Below are positions 13,001 to 25,974 of a DNA stretch of 64,000 nucleotides, one piece after another; the first letter of the stretch is position 1, and every line of letters begins with the position of its first letter. A program made the translations under genes and the position numbers. The notes under the pieces are model-generated. The model did no database searches. It saw only the letters and a program-made list of their open reading frames with translations, and was not told the origin of the DNA. Origin of the DNA: Macrostomum lignano (lineage: Eukaryota); the NCBI GenBank assembly GCA_002269645.1, contig NIVC01002491.1:1-64000 (forward strand). Direction: 5' to 3'.

Positions 13001-16000
13001 TCAGTCCCCACCAGGCCTGCTCTCCGCCGAACTCACCCTCCTCAGCGGCACAGCTGCCGACTCGCCATCGGCAGCAGCTCCAGCTGCCGCGGCAGTTAGC
13101 GAGCCGTGCCCGGCAGCGAAGAGACCCGCCAGCCGCTGCTGCCGCTGCTCGCGAGCCTCCGGCGCCGTCAGCATGGTCAGCGGCACCGGCACCAGGCTGT
13201 AGGTCTCGCCAGTCGTTTCTTCACCTTGTTCAGCATCTCCAGCCTCATCGCCCACGGTTCCGTCTTCATCATCCTCGTCGTCCTCATCCTCGGAGCCGGA
13301 GCAACCCAGCCGGTGCAGGTTGAACGGCAGGGCGCGGGCGTTGCGCCGCTTCAGCTCGGCGAACTCCTGTGCCAGGCTGAGCAGGTTGGCCTTCCGCTCC
13401 TCCCGCCTGGCCTCCTCGGCCGCCTCCTGCGGGTCTTCCGGCTGAGAGGCACCGCCGCCGCCGTCACCGCGCAACGACGACGCCGGCTGTTGAGCTCGAC
13501 GCTGCGGCGAGGAAGTCGTCGAGGACGTCGGCTGCAGCGTCCACGACGACGTCGGAGTCGGTGGCGACGCTGGGGGGTGCAGCTTGGGCCGGAGCAGGGC
13601 GTCCTGGCTGGCCAGCTGCTCCTTCATCAGCTTGCCGACCTCGCCCATGAGCTCGGAGCAGTCAGACATGATGGAGAGCGAGTCAGCCTCTTTCAGCTGT
13701 TCCAGTCGGCGGCTGCGCAGCGGAGTTGCCGAGGCCGCCGTTGGAACGTCGCTGGCCGCAGCGCCGCCCAGGTTGTCCTCGGTGTTGGAGGCGGAGACGC
13801 GCATCCAGTCGCTGAAGGAGTTGGAGTTGCGCATGATGTCGCTGCTGAAGCAGCTGCTGATGCTGGCGGTCATGTAGCCGGAAGTGGCCAGGGTTCGCTG
13901 GGCCACCTCCTCCTCGGCCGCTTCCTGATCGATCGGCCAGCAGCGGCTGCTCGCGCCGATGCCGCCGCTGACACCCCGGTAGCCGCGGTACCGTCGCCAG
14001 GCTCGTTGAATTCTACGGTGAAAATAGTAAGCGATATTTTCAATTAAAATGCAAACTATGCTACTGAATTGATCGACTTATCAGTAGGCAATTGAGATTA
14101 TTTATTAGTTCACATTTTTAACTACTATCAAAAATATTGAAATAGCGGGCAAATTGAAGCAAATCTTTGCAAAATCCATTTAAGAGGAACCGAACTGTAT
14201 TTTGAGCCTTGTGAGTGCGCCTTAGACAAAACACCGATATTTGCAAATCGGAAATCCAGAAGATAATAAATTGTGAATTTAGTGCTAAGAAACTGCAAGC
14301 TTCCTTTCTCGCAGGCGTCGCTTTGAGAGCAGCTCTGGAGCACCCTGAGACTGTCTTGAAAAAAAGTTAATTGCGCAACTTGCAAGCTGCAAGCTCACCG
14401 GGAAAGCGAAAGCTGTAGCTAGTAGAAGTTTCCAAGGAGAAAAGTTTCTCAATATTGTTCAACAGGCAGCGCATGATTGATAGGTTTCTGGGCCACTTTG
14501 GGTGCAGCTCGCTCCCAAACTCCCAGGAGGCTCGCGCACCAGTTTTCCTTCGCGTCAGGACTTTTCCCAGCGAAGAAGAATAAGTTTTCCCTGGGATGTG
14601 GCAGCCCGCAAACTCAGCTGTCCCAAGACTATGTTTGGGATTTTTTAATTGTCAACAAGAGAGGCCAGCGGCTCTGCGCATGTTTTTTGTGTGTACTTTT
14701 CGTGCTCCATCGGTGCTTCGGAATATTAATGAGTGTGTAGAGTCTGGCGGATTGCAGAAATTCTCCATTTCCTCGATTTCAGCTCATAACACATTTTGTT
14801 CAGTTCATCACGTTTTGGAGTCTGCACCGCACTAAAGACTGGAGCGCAAGGCCGCTCGCAAAAAAAAATTTTAGGGCCTGTTTATCGGGATTGCCCAGTT
14901 CCTGTTGTTTGGCACCTAGTTCCTGTTGTTGACTGCCTAGTTCCTGTTGTTGGTTGCCTAGCTCCTGTTGTTGGCCGCCTAGTTCCTGTTGTTGACTGCC
15001 TAGTTCCTGTTGTTGACTGCCTAGTTCCTGTTGTTGACTGCCTAGTTCCTGTTGTTGACTGCCTAGTTCCTGTTGTTGGTTGCCTAGCTCCTGTTGTTGG
15101 TTGCCTAGTTCCTGTTGTTGACTGCCTAGTTCCTGTTGTTGGTTGCCTAGCTCCTGTTGTTGGCCGCCTAGTTCCTGTTGTTGACTGCCTAGTTCCTGTT
15201 GTTGACTGCCTAGTTCCTGTTGTTGACTGCCTAGTTCCTGTTGTTGACTGCCTAGTTCCTGTTGTTGGTTGCCTAGTTCCTGTTGTTGACTGCCTAGTTC
15301 CTGTTGTTGGTTGCCTAGTTCCTGTTGTTGACTGCCTAGTTCCTGTTGTTGGTTGCCTAGTTCCTGTTGTTGGTTGCCTAGTTCCTGTTGTTGACTGCCT
15401 AGTTCCTGTTGTTGACTGCCTAGTTCCTGTTGTTGGTAGCCTAGCTCCTGTTGTTGGCCGCCTAGTTCCTGTTGTTGGCCGCCTAGTTACTGTTGTTGAC
15501 TGCCTAGTTCCTGTTGTTGACTGCCTAGTTCCTGTTGTTGACTGCCTAGTTCCTGTTGTTGACTGCCTAGTTCCTGTTGTTGACTGCCTAGTTCCTGTTG
15601 TTGACTGCCTAGTTCCTGTTGTTGACTGCCTAGTTCCTGTTGTTGACTGCCTAGTTCCTGTTGTTGATTGCCCAGTTCCTGTTGTTGACTGCCTAGTTCC
15701 TGTTGTTGACTGCCTAGTTCCTGTTGTTGACTGCCTAGTTCCTGTTGTTGACTGCCTAGTTCCTGTTGTTGACTGCCTAGTTCCTGTTGTTGGTTGCCTA
15801 GCTCCTGTTGTTGGTTGCCTAGTTCCTGTTGTTGACTGCCTAGTTCCTGTTGTTGGTTGCCTAGCTCCTGTTGTTGGCCGCCTAGTTCCTGTTGTTGACT
15901 GCCTAGTTCCTGTTGTTGACTGCCTAGTTCCTGTTGTTGACTGCCTAGTTCCTGTTGTTGACTGCCTAGTTCCTGTTGTTGGTTGCCTAGTTCCTGTTGT

Positions 16001-19000
16001 TGACTGCCTAGTTCCTGTTGTTGGTTGCCTAGTTCCTGTTGTTGACTGCCTAGTTCCTGTTGTTGGTTGCCTAGTTCCTGTTGTTGGTTGCCTAGTTCCT
16101 GTTGTTGACTGCCTAGTTCCTGTTGTTGACTGCCTAGTTCCTGTTGTTGGTAGCCTAGCTCCTGTTGTTGGCCGCCTAGTTCCTGTTGTTGGCCGCCTAG
16201 TTACTGTTGTTGACTGCCTAGTTCCTGTTGTTGACTGCCTAGTTCCTGTTGTTGACTGCCTAGTTCCTGTTGTTGACTGCCTAGTTCCTGTTGTTGACTG
16301 CCTAGTTCCTGTTGTTGACTGCCTAGTTCCTGTTGTTGACTGCCTAGTTCCTGTTGTTGACTGCCTAGTTCCTGTTGTTGATTGCCCAGTTCCTGTTGTT
16401 GACTGCCTAGTTCCTGTTGTTGACTGCCTAGTTCCTGTTGTTGACTGCCTAGTTCCTGTTGTTGACTGCCTAGTTCCTGTTGTTGACTGCCTAGTTCCTG
16501 TTGTTGACTGCCTAGTTCCTGTTGTTGACTGCCTAGTTCCTGTTGTTGACTGCCTAGTTTCTGTTGTTGACTGCCTAGTTCCTGTTGTTGACTGCCTAGT
16601 TCCTATTGTTGGTTGCCTAGTTCCTGTTGTTGGTTGCTCAGTTCCTGTTGTCGACAGCCTAGTTCCTATTGTTGGTTGCCTAGTTCCTGTTGTTGGTTGC
16701 CTAGTTCCTGTTGTTGATTGCCCAGTTCCTGTTGTTGACTGCCTAGTTCCTGTTGTTGGCTGCCTAGTTCCTGTTGTTGACTGCCAAGTTCCTGTTGTTG
16801 GCTGCTCAGTTCCTGTTGTTGACAGCCTAGTTCCTGTTGTTGGCCGCCTAGTTCCTGTTGTTGGCCGCCTAGTTCCTGTTGTTGGTTGCTCAGTTCCTGT
16901 TGTTGGTTGCTCAGTTCCTGTTGTTGGTTGCCTAGTTCCTGTTGTTGACAGCCTAGTTCCTGTTGTTGGCCGCCTAGTTCCTGTTGTTAGGCACCTGGTT
17001 CCTGTTGTTGTGCACCTAGTTCCTGTTGCTGCTGGCTATTTGTGTTTCAGCTCCATTTAGGATGGTGAAACTAGAACCTCAAACTCAGTTTTGAAGCGCC
17101 ACTAAATATCCCATTTGTTGAGTATCTATAAATATCAGACCCGAGCAGCCAGGTTCAAGTGGATGCAGCTTGCATAATTGCAGCTTACTTTCCTAATAGA
17201 GTTAGGCATGGTGGGGGGGCTCTAATATCTGCGCAGCACAGCGCACAGCAACTGTTGCTATGCCGGGTCGGCCAGGTTAGACAGGCAGAAACAGGCACAA
17301 AAAAGGAACGAAAAAAGTCATAAGTGGACGCAATTGTCTCAGACTGAAGAGGAAGGAGGACAGGAGGCATTGGGGAGCAGAATGGAATGGCCGCATTCCA
17401 AGCCTGGGGTGGGGGATGGGAGATGAGGCTCTGTTCTGTACACTTCGCTTCGATTTCGAAGCTGTTTCACCGAGCGGCAAACGGCTGGAAAGTGCACTGC
17501 CGCAGTTGTTGCTAGGGAGAAGAAATTCGCGACAGGCACCTCGCGCGGCTCCCAATTCCAAACTGGGAAGCTGGCCGGCTGTGTAGTCAAATTCCTTCCT
17601 GCGGCCTCATTCGGCACTCTTTTTAAATCCCCTTTGACTTTCTTCACCTCTTCGAGTGTTTTCTTTTCGCTAAAAAAAGAAAACAAAAATTTTCAGCTGA
17701 ACTGCAAATATCCGCAGGCGGTTGACTGACAGGCAGTTTTGCTTTGAACTTCTTTGGAACAAATAGAAATCCTACTGACCTGACTTGCCTGAACAGTAGA
17801 GTGTCTACCCAAAACAGCATCGGTAGAGTGTCTACCCAAATCAGCATTGGTAGAGTAGTGTCTACCCAAATCAGCATTGGTAGAGTGTCTACCCGAAACA
17901 GCATTGGTAGAGTAGTGTCTACCCAAATCAGCATTGGTAGAGTGTCTACCAGTACCCAAAAAGCATTGGTAGAGTGTCTACCAGTACCCAAAAAGCATTG
18001 GTAGAGTGTCTACCAGTACCCAAAAAGCATTGGTAGAGTGTCTACCCGAAACAGCATTGGTAGAGTGTCTACCCAAATCAGCATTGGTAGAGTGTCTACC
18101 CAAATCAGCATTGGTAGAGCAGTGTCTACCCAAATCAGCATTGGTAGAGTGTCTACCCAAATCAGCATTGGTAGAGTGTCTACCCAAATCAGCATTGGTA
18201 GAGTGTCTACCCAAATCAGCATTGGTAGAGTGTCTACCCAAATCAGCATTGGTAGAGTGTCTACCCAAATCAGCATTGGTAGAGTAGTGTCTACCCAAAT
18301 CAGCATTGGTAGAGTGTCTACCAGTACCCAAATCAGCATTGGTAGAGTGTCTACCCAAATCAGCATTGGTAGAGTAGTGTCTACCCAAATCAGCATTGGT
18401 AGAGTTTCTACCTAAATCAGCGTTGGTAGAGTGTTTACCAGTACCCATATCAGCATTGGTAGAGTGTCTACCTAAATCAGCATTGGTAGAGTGTCTACCT
18501 AAATCAGCATTGGTAGAGTGTCTACCCAAATCAGCATTGGTAGAGTGTCTACCCGAAACAGCATTGGTAGAGTGTCTACCCAAATCAGCATTGGTAGAGC
18601 AGTGTCTACCCAAATCAGCATTGGTAGAGTGTCTACCCAAATCAGCATTGGTAGAGTGTCTACCCAAATCAGCATTGGTAGAGTGTCTACCCAAATCAGC
18701 ATTGGTAGAGTGTCTACCCAAATCAGCATCGATAGAGTGTCTTCCCAAATCAGCATTGGTAGAGTGTCTACCCAAATCAGCATTGGTAGAGTGTCTACCC
18801 AAATCAGCATTGGTAGAGTGTCTACCCAAATCAGCATTGGTAGAGTGTCTACCCAAATCAGCATCGATAGAGTGTCTTCCCAAATCAGCATTGGTAGAGT
18901 GTCTACCCAAATCAGCATTGGTAGAGTGTCTACCCAAATCAGCATTGGTAGAGTGTCTACCCAAATCAGCATTGGTAGAGTGTCTACCCAAATCAGCATT

Positions 19001-19618
19001 GGTAGAGTGTCTACCCAAATCAGCATTGGTAGAGTGTCTACCCAAATCAGCATTGGTAGAGTGTCTACCCAAATCAGCATTGGTAGAGTGTCTACCCAAA
19101 TCAGCATTGGTAGAGTGTCTACCCAAATCAGCATTGGTAGAGTGTCTACCCAAATCAGCATTGGTAGAGTGTCTACCAAAATCAGCAGTCGATGGTATCC
19201 CATACCTTTTGTTTATTCAGCAAGCCCAATATTTCCCTCTTCAAGCATCCCCGTTTTCAATATCTGCCCATCAATCTGTTGGAACGCAGCCGGACTCTCT
19301 AATTAGTGTTGGTTGGCAAAACAGGATTAGGGAAAAGCTTTAGCGGCTTGTTTGCACAGGTGGGCAATTCGATCCGGTTGGAGTGGCACCAATTTGCTGT
19401 TTGCCGGGGCCGGCAGCGGTTTTATGCCTTTTAGTGGCGCATTAGCGCGGGGGCTGTGCTTGGGGCTTACAGAAAGGCGGCCGTGTCCGAATCCATCTCC
19501 ACGGTGAGGGGGTCGTTAACGCCGAATTCCTGGAAAAGGGATATCCTGTTTTCGCCTCTGCCGCTGCCGCCGCCGCTGCCGCTGCCGCCGCCGCTGCCGC
19601 TGATGTAGTCAAGACTGG
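4053..19618 (-). CDS. SCHIP1: Schwannomin-interacting protein 1 with N-terminal IQ motif (IQCJ-SCHIP1-like), multi-exon
   Basis: Phase-compatible GT-AG exons: 19618 (or 19529)-19471, 14012-13037, 8770-8372, 8141-7956, 7805-7578, 7263-7071, 5665-5572, 4248-4053 (TGA). The spliced product contains SERERVLQAL, MEMCFRND..SDSD, LLTRQAQLQAEAQLALAQARPMARMQLEVE and [45 protein letters not shown], matching the SCHIP-1 C-terminal coiled coil. The true 5' end is unresolved. Confidence 0.88.
4731..4945 (+). mobile_element. tRNA-derived SINE-like fragment
   Basis: A-box TAGCCTAGTGG (4738-4748) and B-box-like GGCTCGATTCC (4764-4774) with shortened spacing. No cloverleaf. Confidence 0.4.
4948..5449 (+). 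mobile_element. Dispersed GACTC/GAGTC-rich repeat, copy 1 (unclassified non-autonomous element)
   Basis: Homologous over its length to the reverse complement of 49041-49436: shared CCCAGGCYAAGAAG start, GTCAATTTGARGCGTT..ATTGTCTGCGACTCT, ACTCAYGTGACGTGCTCGTGAC and CGTTTTCAAYGGG end. Confidence 0.75.
7309..7460. repeat. 18-bp minisatellite (GTGAGGTGGGTGTGCGGA), ~8 copies, SCHIP1 intron
   Basis: Direct reading. Confidence 0.9.
8247..8260. promoter_or_regulatory. Near-palindromic RFX X-box in a SCHIP1 intron
   Basis: GTTACCATGGCAAC. Confidence 0.5.
9900..9975 (+). pseudogene. tRNA-like remnant or SINE head
   Basis: B-box GGGTTCGATTCC preceded by A-box-like TAGAGCCAAGTG. The acceptor stem does not pair. 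Confidence 0.35.
10494..11445. repeat. 56-bp minisatellite, 17 near-identical copies
   Basis: Unit CAGTAGGCACGCTTTGGGGGCTCTTCAATGCGGCTTGAGTTGCCCAGCCTAATGAC. Confidence 0.97.
11555..11695 (-). CDS. SCHIP1: Candidate alternative first coding exon of a short SCHIP1 isoform
   Basis: GCC-ATG start and 47 codons (MQLDPRRAGG...YAPEQSQ), ending at CAG|GTAGGC in phase 0. Compatible with the phase-0 acceptor at 8770. Confidence 0.55.
14890..17030. repeat. 21-bp minisatellite (CCTAGTTCCTGTTGTTGACTG), ~100 copies
   Basis: Direct reading. Includes an internal 714-bp duplication. Confidence 0.97.
17796..19187. repeat. 27-bp minisatellite (GTAGAGTGTCTACCCAAATCAGCATTG), ~50 copies
   Basis: Direct reading. 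Each unit has the inverted repeat GGTAGA-GTG-TCTACC. Confidence 0.97.
19471..19618 (-). CDS. SCHIP1: Upstream SCHIP1 exon supplying the first half of the IQ motif
   Basis: Encodes ...EFGVNDPLTVEMDSDTAAF(L) and ends in phase 2 at a GTAAG donor (19470). This joins the phase-2 acceptor at 14012 to give DTAAFL-IQRAWRRYR. Confidence 0.7.
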
Positions 19619-19694
19619 CTGCAGAATCCCTGGAAGCCGGGAAAGGGGTTTGGGTGCAGTTTTAGGACTTAGTGCCTTTTGGCCATCTATGCAC

Positions 19695-20965
<1,271 letters not shown>

Positions 20966-21649
20966 CATGGCCAGTATCTATCAGGGTGAGATCTGTCTAT
21001 CCTACGCGGGGCATCAGGCATTGGGAATCCGATATAATGCCAGGATCAATACTTCCAACTCCACTAACAGCCATCGATCTCGCACACCGCGCAGGCAGGA
21101 TGAGTCAGCTGATAGCAGTTCCACAGCTGCATGCCCCAGAGCTCCGCAGCCTGGCAACCCCCGGTTCTCTTTTCGGCTCCAAAGCAGACGCTCCGCACTC
21201 CGTTGCGGCAGGGGACCCAGAAAATTGCGTTTCCTCATCCTCCTCTTCTCTTCTCCCCAGTCTCCCTGGAGGGAGTTCGCAATTTGCATTTCCCAAGCGC
21301 GACAGAGGGGACCACCGCTTCCCCTCCATCATTTCCAGCCTCCATCATTCCCAGCCAGTGGCGGCGGATTTTCTAATTTGAGAATTCAGTCGCCAATTTG
21401 CGTTTATCGTTTCTCGTCTTTTTATTGGGCAAAGCTGGCACCGCGCGCTCGTGCCTGGCTTCTTCCTGCGGCCTTCGGTCTCTGCTTCTCCTGGTGGTTT
21501 CGGTGACCTGCTTTAGAACTGCTTTGGCTATGCTCACCAACTGGACTGCGAGCTGGCGTCCTTAATACTGGGCTTGAAAATTTTCCACAAATAATTGCAC
21601 CTATTTAAGGTATTTTAAAGGGAATTTCTGCACCTTCTGCACCTTCATT

Positions 21650-22060
21650 CCCTCTCTCTCCCTTTCTCTCTCCCTCTCCCTCGCCCTCTCCCTCTCCCTC
21701 TGGCTCACCTCACTCCCTCTCCCTCTCATCACTCTCTCTCCCTCTCCCTCTTCTCACTCACCTTCTCCCTCTCCCTCTCATCACTCTCCTTCTCCCTCTC
21801 CCTCTCCCTTTCTCTCTCCCTCTCCCTCTCATCACTCTCTCTCCCTCTCCCTCTTCTCACTCACCTTCTCCCTCTCCCTCTCCCTTTCTCTCTCCCTCTC
21901 CCTCTCATCACTCTCTCTCTTTCCCTCTCCCTCTTCTTACCCTCCTTCTCCCTCTCCCTCTCCCTTTCTCTCTCCCTCTCCTCTCATCACTCTCCCTCTC
22001 TCCCTCTCCTTCTCCTCCCTCTCACTCTGCTTCTTCCTTTTTATCTCCCTCTCCCTTTTA
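21650..22060. repeat. CT-rich polypyrimidine low-complexity tract
   Basis: Direct reading. Confidence 0.9.
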
Positions 22061-22824
22061 TTCCACACTTTAGTCTACCTGTAACTACCTGTCCAACTGA
22101 GTCATTATCACGATGTATTGTTCAAGTATATTTTCTACATGCATAATTAATTCATGCCCTTCACGCTAAAAGCAGAAAAACTCACTTAAAGTTAACTTAC
22201 ATTTCCAGCCGAGTCTAGACCCTAACCTCTCCTTTGTCGCTGCCAGCACATTTGACTCAGAGGTTACTAAGCCGCATACTTCAAAATTGGAATAATATAT
22301 CTCTAAATTGCAACAGATACGAAGGCTAAGTATATGCCCTATAACGACTAGTTGTTCTCTTTGGCATGTTCAGCCAAGTGAAACCTCTAAGCGAGAGAGA
22401 GAGAGCGAGAGAGAGAGAGAGAAAGAGAGAGAGGCTCAGAGCGAGCGAGTGAATGAGACTTGAGTTAGTTTCCAAGTGCAGTACCAACTTATTTTTGTCC
22501 GTCTGCACGCATTCATTGGCGCCTGCCCTGACCCGCTCTCCTGCGACCTCTTGCTGGGTGGTCACCCCTCTCTCCCCTGCATCTCTGCCACCCTATTACG
22601 GCACCCTACCTCAGGAAGAGAAGAAAGAGAATGCACAGAAAATTTTGGAGAAACTTTTCTAGGCTGCTATTCAAATAGAGTCGATTTAGTCACTGTGCCA
22701 TTGTGGCGGTCTGCAAACTTCACACTTTCTCTCTTGCCAACGCATTGCGCAAAGAAGAGCACATTTGAGTGAATATTTCAGAAACTTCTAGTGATTCTTA
22801 AGCAATGGGATCAAGCGATTCTTT

Positions 22825-24568
22825 CACACCTGACAACCAATCAAAATCACAAGCTGTGGCACACCTGACAACCAATCAAAATCACAAGCTGTGGCTCACC
22901 TGACAACCAATCAAAATCACAAGCTGTGGCTCACCTGACAACCAATCAAAATCACAAGCTGTGGCACACCTGACAATAAATCAAAATCACAAGCTGTGGC
23001 ACACCTGACAACCAATCAAAATCACACACTGTGGCACACCTGACAACCAATCAAAATCACACACTGTGGCTCACCTGACAACCAATCAAAATCACAAGCT
23101 GTGGCTCACCTTACAACCAATCAAAATCACAAGCTGTGGCTCACCTTACAACCAATCAAAATCACAAGCTGTGGCTCACCTTACAACCAATCAAAATCAC
23201 AAGCTGTGGCACACCTGACAACCAATCAAAATCACAAGCTGTGGCACACCTGACAACCAATCAAAATCAAAAGCTGTGGCTCACCTGACAACCAATCAAA
23301 ATCACAAGCTGTGGCTCACCTGACAACCAATCAAAATCACAAGCTGTGGCTCACCTTACAACCAATCAAAATCACAAGCTGTGGCACACCTGACAACCAA
23401 TCAAAATCACAAGCTGTGGCACACCTGACAACCAATCAAAATCAAAAGCTGTGGCTCACCTGACAACCAATCAAAATCACAAGCTGTGGCACACCTGACA
23501 ACCAATCAAAATCACAAGCTGTGGCTCACCTGACAACCAATCAAAATCACAAGCTGTGGCTCACCTGACAACCAATCAAAATCACAAGCTGTGGCACACC
23601 TGACAACCAATCAAAATCACAAGCTGTGGCACACCTGACAACCAATCAAAATCAAAAGCTGTGGCTCACCTGACAACCAATCAAAATCACAAGCTGTGGC
23701 ACACCTGACAACCAATCAAAATCACAAGCTGTGGCACACCTGACAACCAATCAAAATCACAAGCTGTGGCTCACCTGACAACCAATCAAAATCACAAGCT
23801 GTGGCACACCTGACAACCAATCAAAATCACAAGCTGTGGCTCACCTGACAACCAATCAAAATCACACACTGTGGCACACCTGACAACCAATCAAAATCAC
23901 AAGCTGTGGCTCACCTGACAACCAATCAAAATCACAAGCTGTGGCTCACCTGACAACCAATCAAAATCACAAGCTGTGGCTCACCTTACAACCAATCAAA
24001 ATCACACACTGTGGCACACCTGACAACCAATCAAAATCACAAGCTGTGGCTCACCTGACAACCAATCAAAATCACAAGCTGTGGCTCACCTGACAACCAA
24101 TCAAAATCACACACTGTGGCTCACCTTACAACCAATCAAAATCACAAGCTGTGGCTCACCTGACAACCAATCAAAATCACACACTGTGGCTCACCTTACA
24201 ACCAATCAAAATCACAAGCTGTGGCTCACCTGACAACCAATCAAAATCACAAGCTGTGGCACACCTGACAACCAATCAAAATCACAAGCTGTGGCACACC
24301 TGACAACCAATCAAAATCACAAGCTGTGGCACACCTGACAACCAATCAAAATCACAAGCTGTGGCACACCTGACAACCAATCAAAATCACAAGCTGTGGC
24401 ACACCTGACAACCAATCAAAATCACAAGCTGTGGCTCACCTGACAGCCAATCAAAATCACAAGCTGTGGCACACCTGACAACCAATCAAAATCACAAGCT
24501 GTGGCTCACCTGACAGCCAATCAAAATCACACGCTGTGGCACACCTGACAACCAATCAAAATCACACG
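22825..24568. repeat. 35-bp minisatellite (CACCTGACAACCAATCAAAATCACAAGCTGTGGCT), ~50 copies
   Basis: Direct reading. Confidence 0.97.
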
Positions 24569-24994
24569 GTGGCAGATCGGACAGAGGTTTCTAGACTATT
24601 TTCGGCCATATGCTAATAATAATTCCGAAGTACAAAGCGCACTTTCGTTGAGCTTCTCTGGCCCTATGTCGGAATAAATTAATCCCGCAGGACTGATCCA
24701 GCCAGCCAGTCTCTCATATCCCATCAGCCTACCCGTATCGCTTCAGCCGGTTGGAAGTCCCTCTTTTATATTCCTGGATAATTTAATAAAGACTCCCTCT
24801 TGTGCCGGCCGCGTTGCCGGGCTGAGGGGCTCAAGGAGCCGCTACTCGGCTACGACCAGGGCCCAGCTAATGGACACTCACTATGCTATTGCTAGACAGG
24901 ATATTTGAGCGACGCTAGGGCTGTTGAGCCGATGTTGCTAACACAGTTTCTGATTAGCTGAGCGAGCCAGCCACCCAGTTCATCTCTGAGTGAG

Positions 24995-25044
24995 CAGTCA
25001 GTCAGTCAGTCAGTCAGTCAGTCAGTCAGTCAGTCAGTCAGTCT
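24995..25044. repeat. (GTCA)n microsatellite
   Basis: Direct reading. Confidence 0.9.
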
Positions 25045-25482
25045 ATCGACCGCCTCTGAGAGAGATGGAGAGAGAGACAGGGGAGCCACTGCGGCAGCCC
25101 CCTCGCCCAGTAGTCTCCAGAAGGAATTCCTATAGCGATAGGGCAAGAAGGCCTGCAGCTGTGAGCATTCGGTATCAGTGCCTGCCGGGAACTCAATCAG
25201 CCAGCGCTTCAAGGCGAGGCGCCTCTCGGCCGCATGGTGCAAGTCGCGATTTCCCATTCCACGCTTCGCCAGCTGAGCGAATGGGCCAGAGCTGCACTAG
25301 CGAGACTGATTATTGTGCCACTTCTTGAGATGAAATTTGAGGAAAACTGGGGTCTGAGAAAAACAATAATCGCATTAAGCCTTGTGAGATGGAATTTACA
25401 GATGGTTGGCGTGGAATATGGAATGTTTATGGCGCCACTTTTTTTAGAATTGTTCTGGTGGACTTTTGTGACAATGTCTGGA

Positions 25483-25935
25483 AGGTGACAGGGGTGTCTG
25501 GAAGGTGGCTGGGGTGTCTAGAAGGTGACAGGGGTGTCTGCAAGGTGACAGGGGTGTCTAGAAGGTGACAGGGGTGTCTGCAAGGTGACAGGGGTGTCTA
25601 GAAGGTGACAGGGGTGTCTAGAAGGTGACAGGGGTGTCTAGAAGGTGACAGGGGTGTCTAGAAGGTGACAGGGGTGTCTAGAAGGTGACAGGGGTGGCTG
25701 GAAGGTGACAGGGGTGTCTAGAAGGTGACAGGGGTGTCTGCAAGGTGACAGGGGTGTCTGCAAGGTGACAGGGGTGTCTAGAAGGTGACAGGGGTGTCTG
25801 GAAGGTGGCTGGGATGTCTAGAAGGTGACTGGGGTGGCTGGAAGGTGACTGGGGTGTCTAGAAGGTGACTGGGATGTCTGGAAGGTGGCTGGGGTGTCTG
25901 GAAGGTGACTGGGGTGTCTAGAAGGTGACAGGGGT
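25483..25935. repeat. 20-bp minisatellite (GAAGGTGACAGGGGTGTCTA)
   Basis: Direct reading. Confidence 0.95.
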
Positions 25936-25974
25936 TTCTAAAAGACGCCAGATCAGAGTCAATTCTGTTACAAG

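Noticed and set aside
13001-13906. Stand-alone 301-aa gene as given in the ORF track
   Set aside because: It has a GTG pseudo-start. The frame extends to an acceptor at 14012 and a donor at 13037, so it is an internal SCHIP1 exon. The overlapping plus-strand 313-aa ORF is a shadow.
17796-19187. CRISPR array (palindromic ~27-bp repeats)
   Set aside because: No unique spacers, no cas genes, eukaryotic intron context. The same applies to the 32-, 35- and 56-bp arrays.
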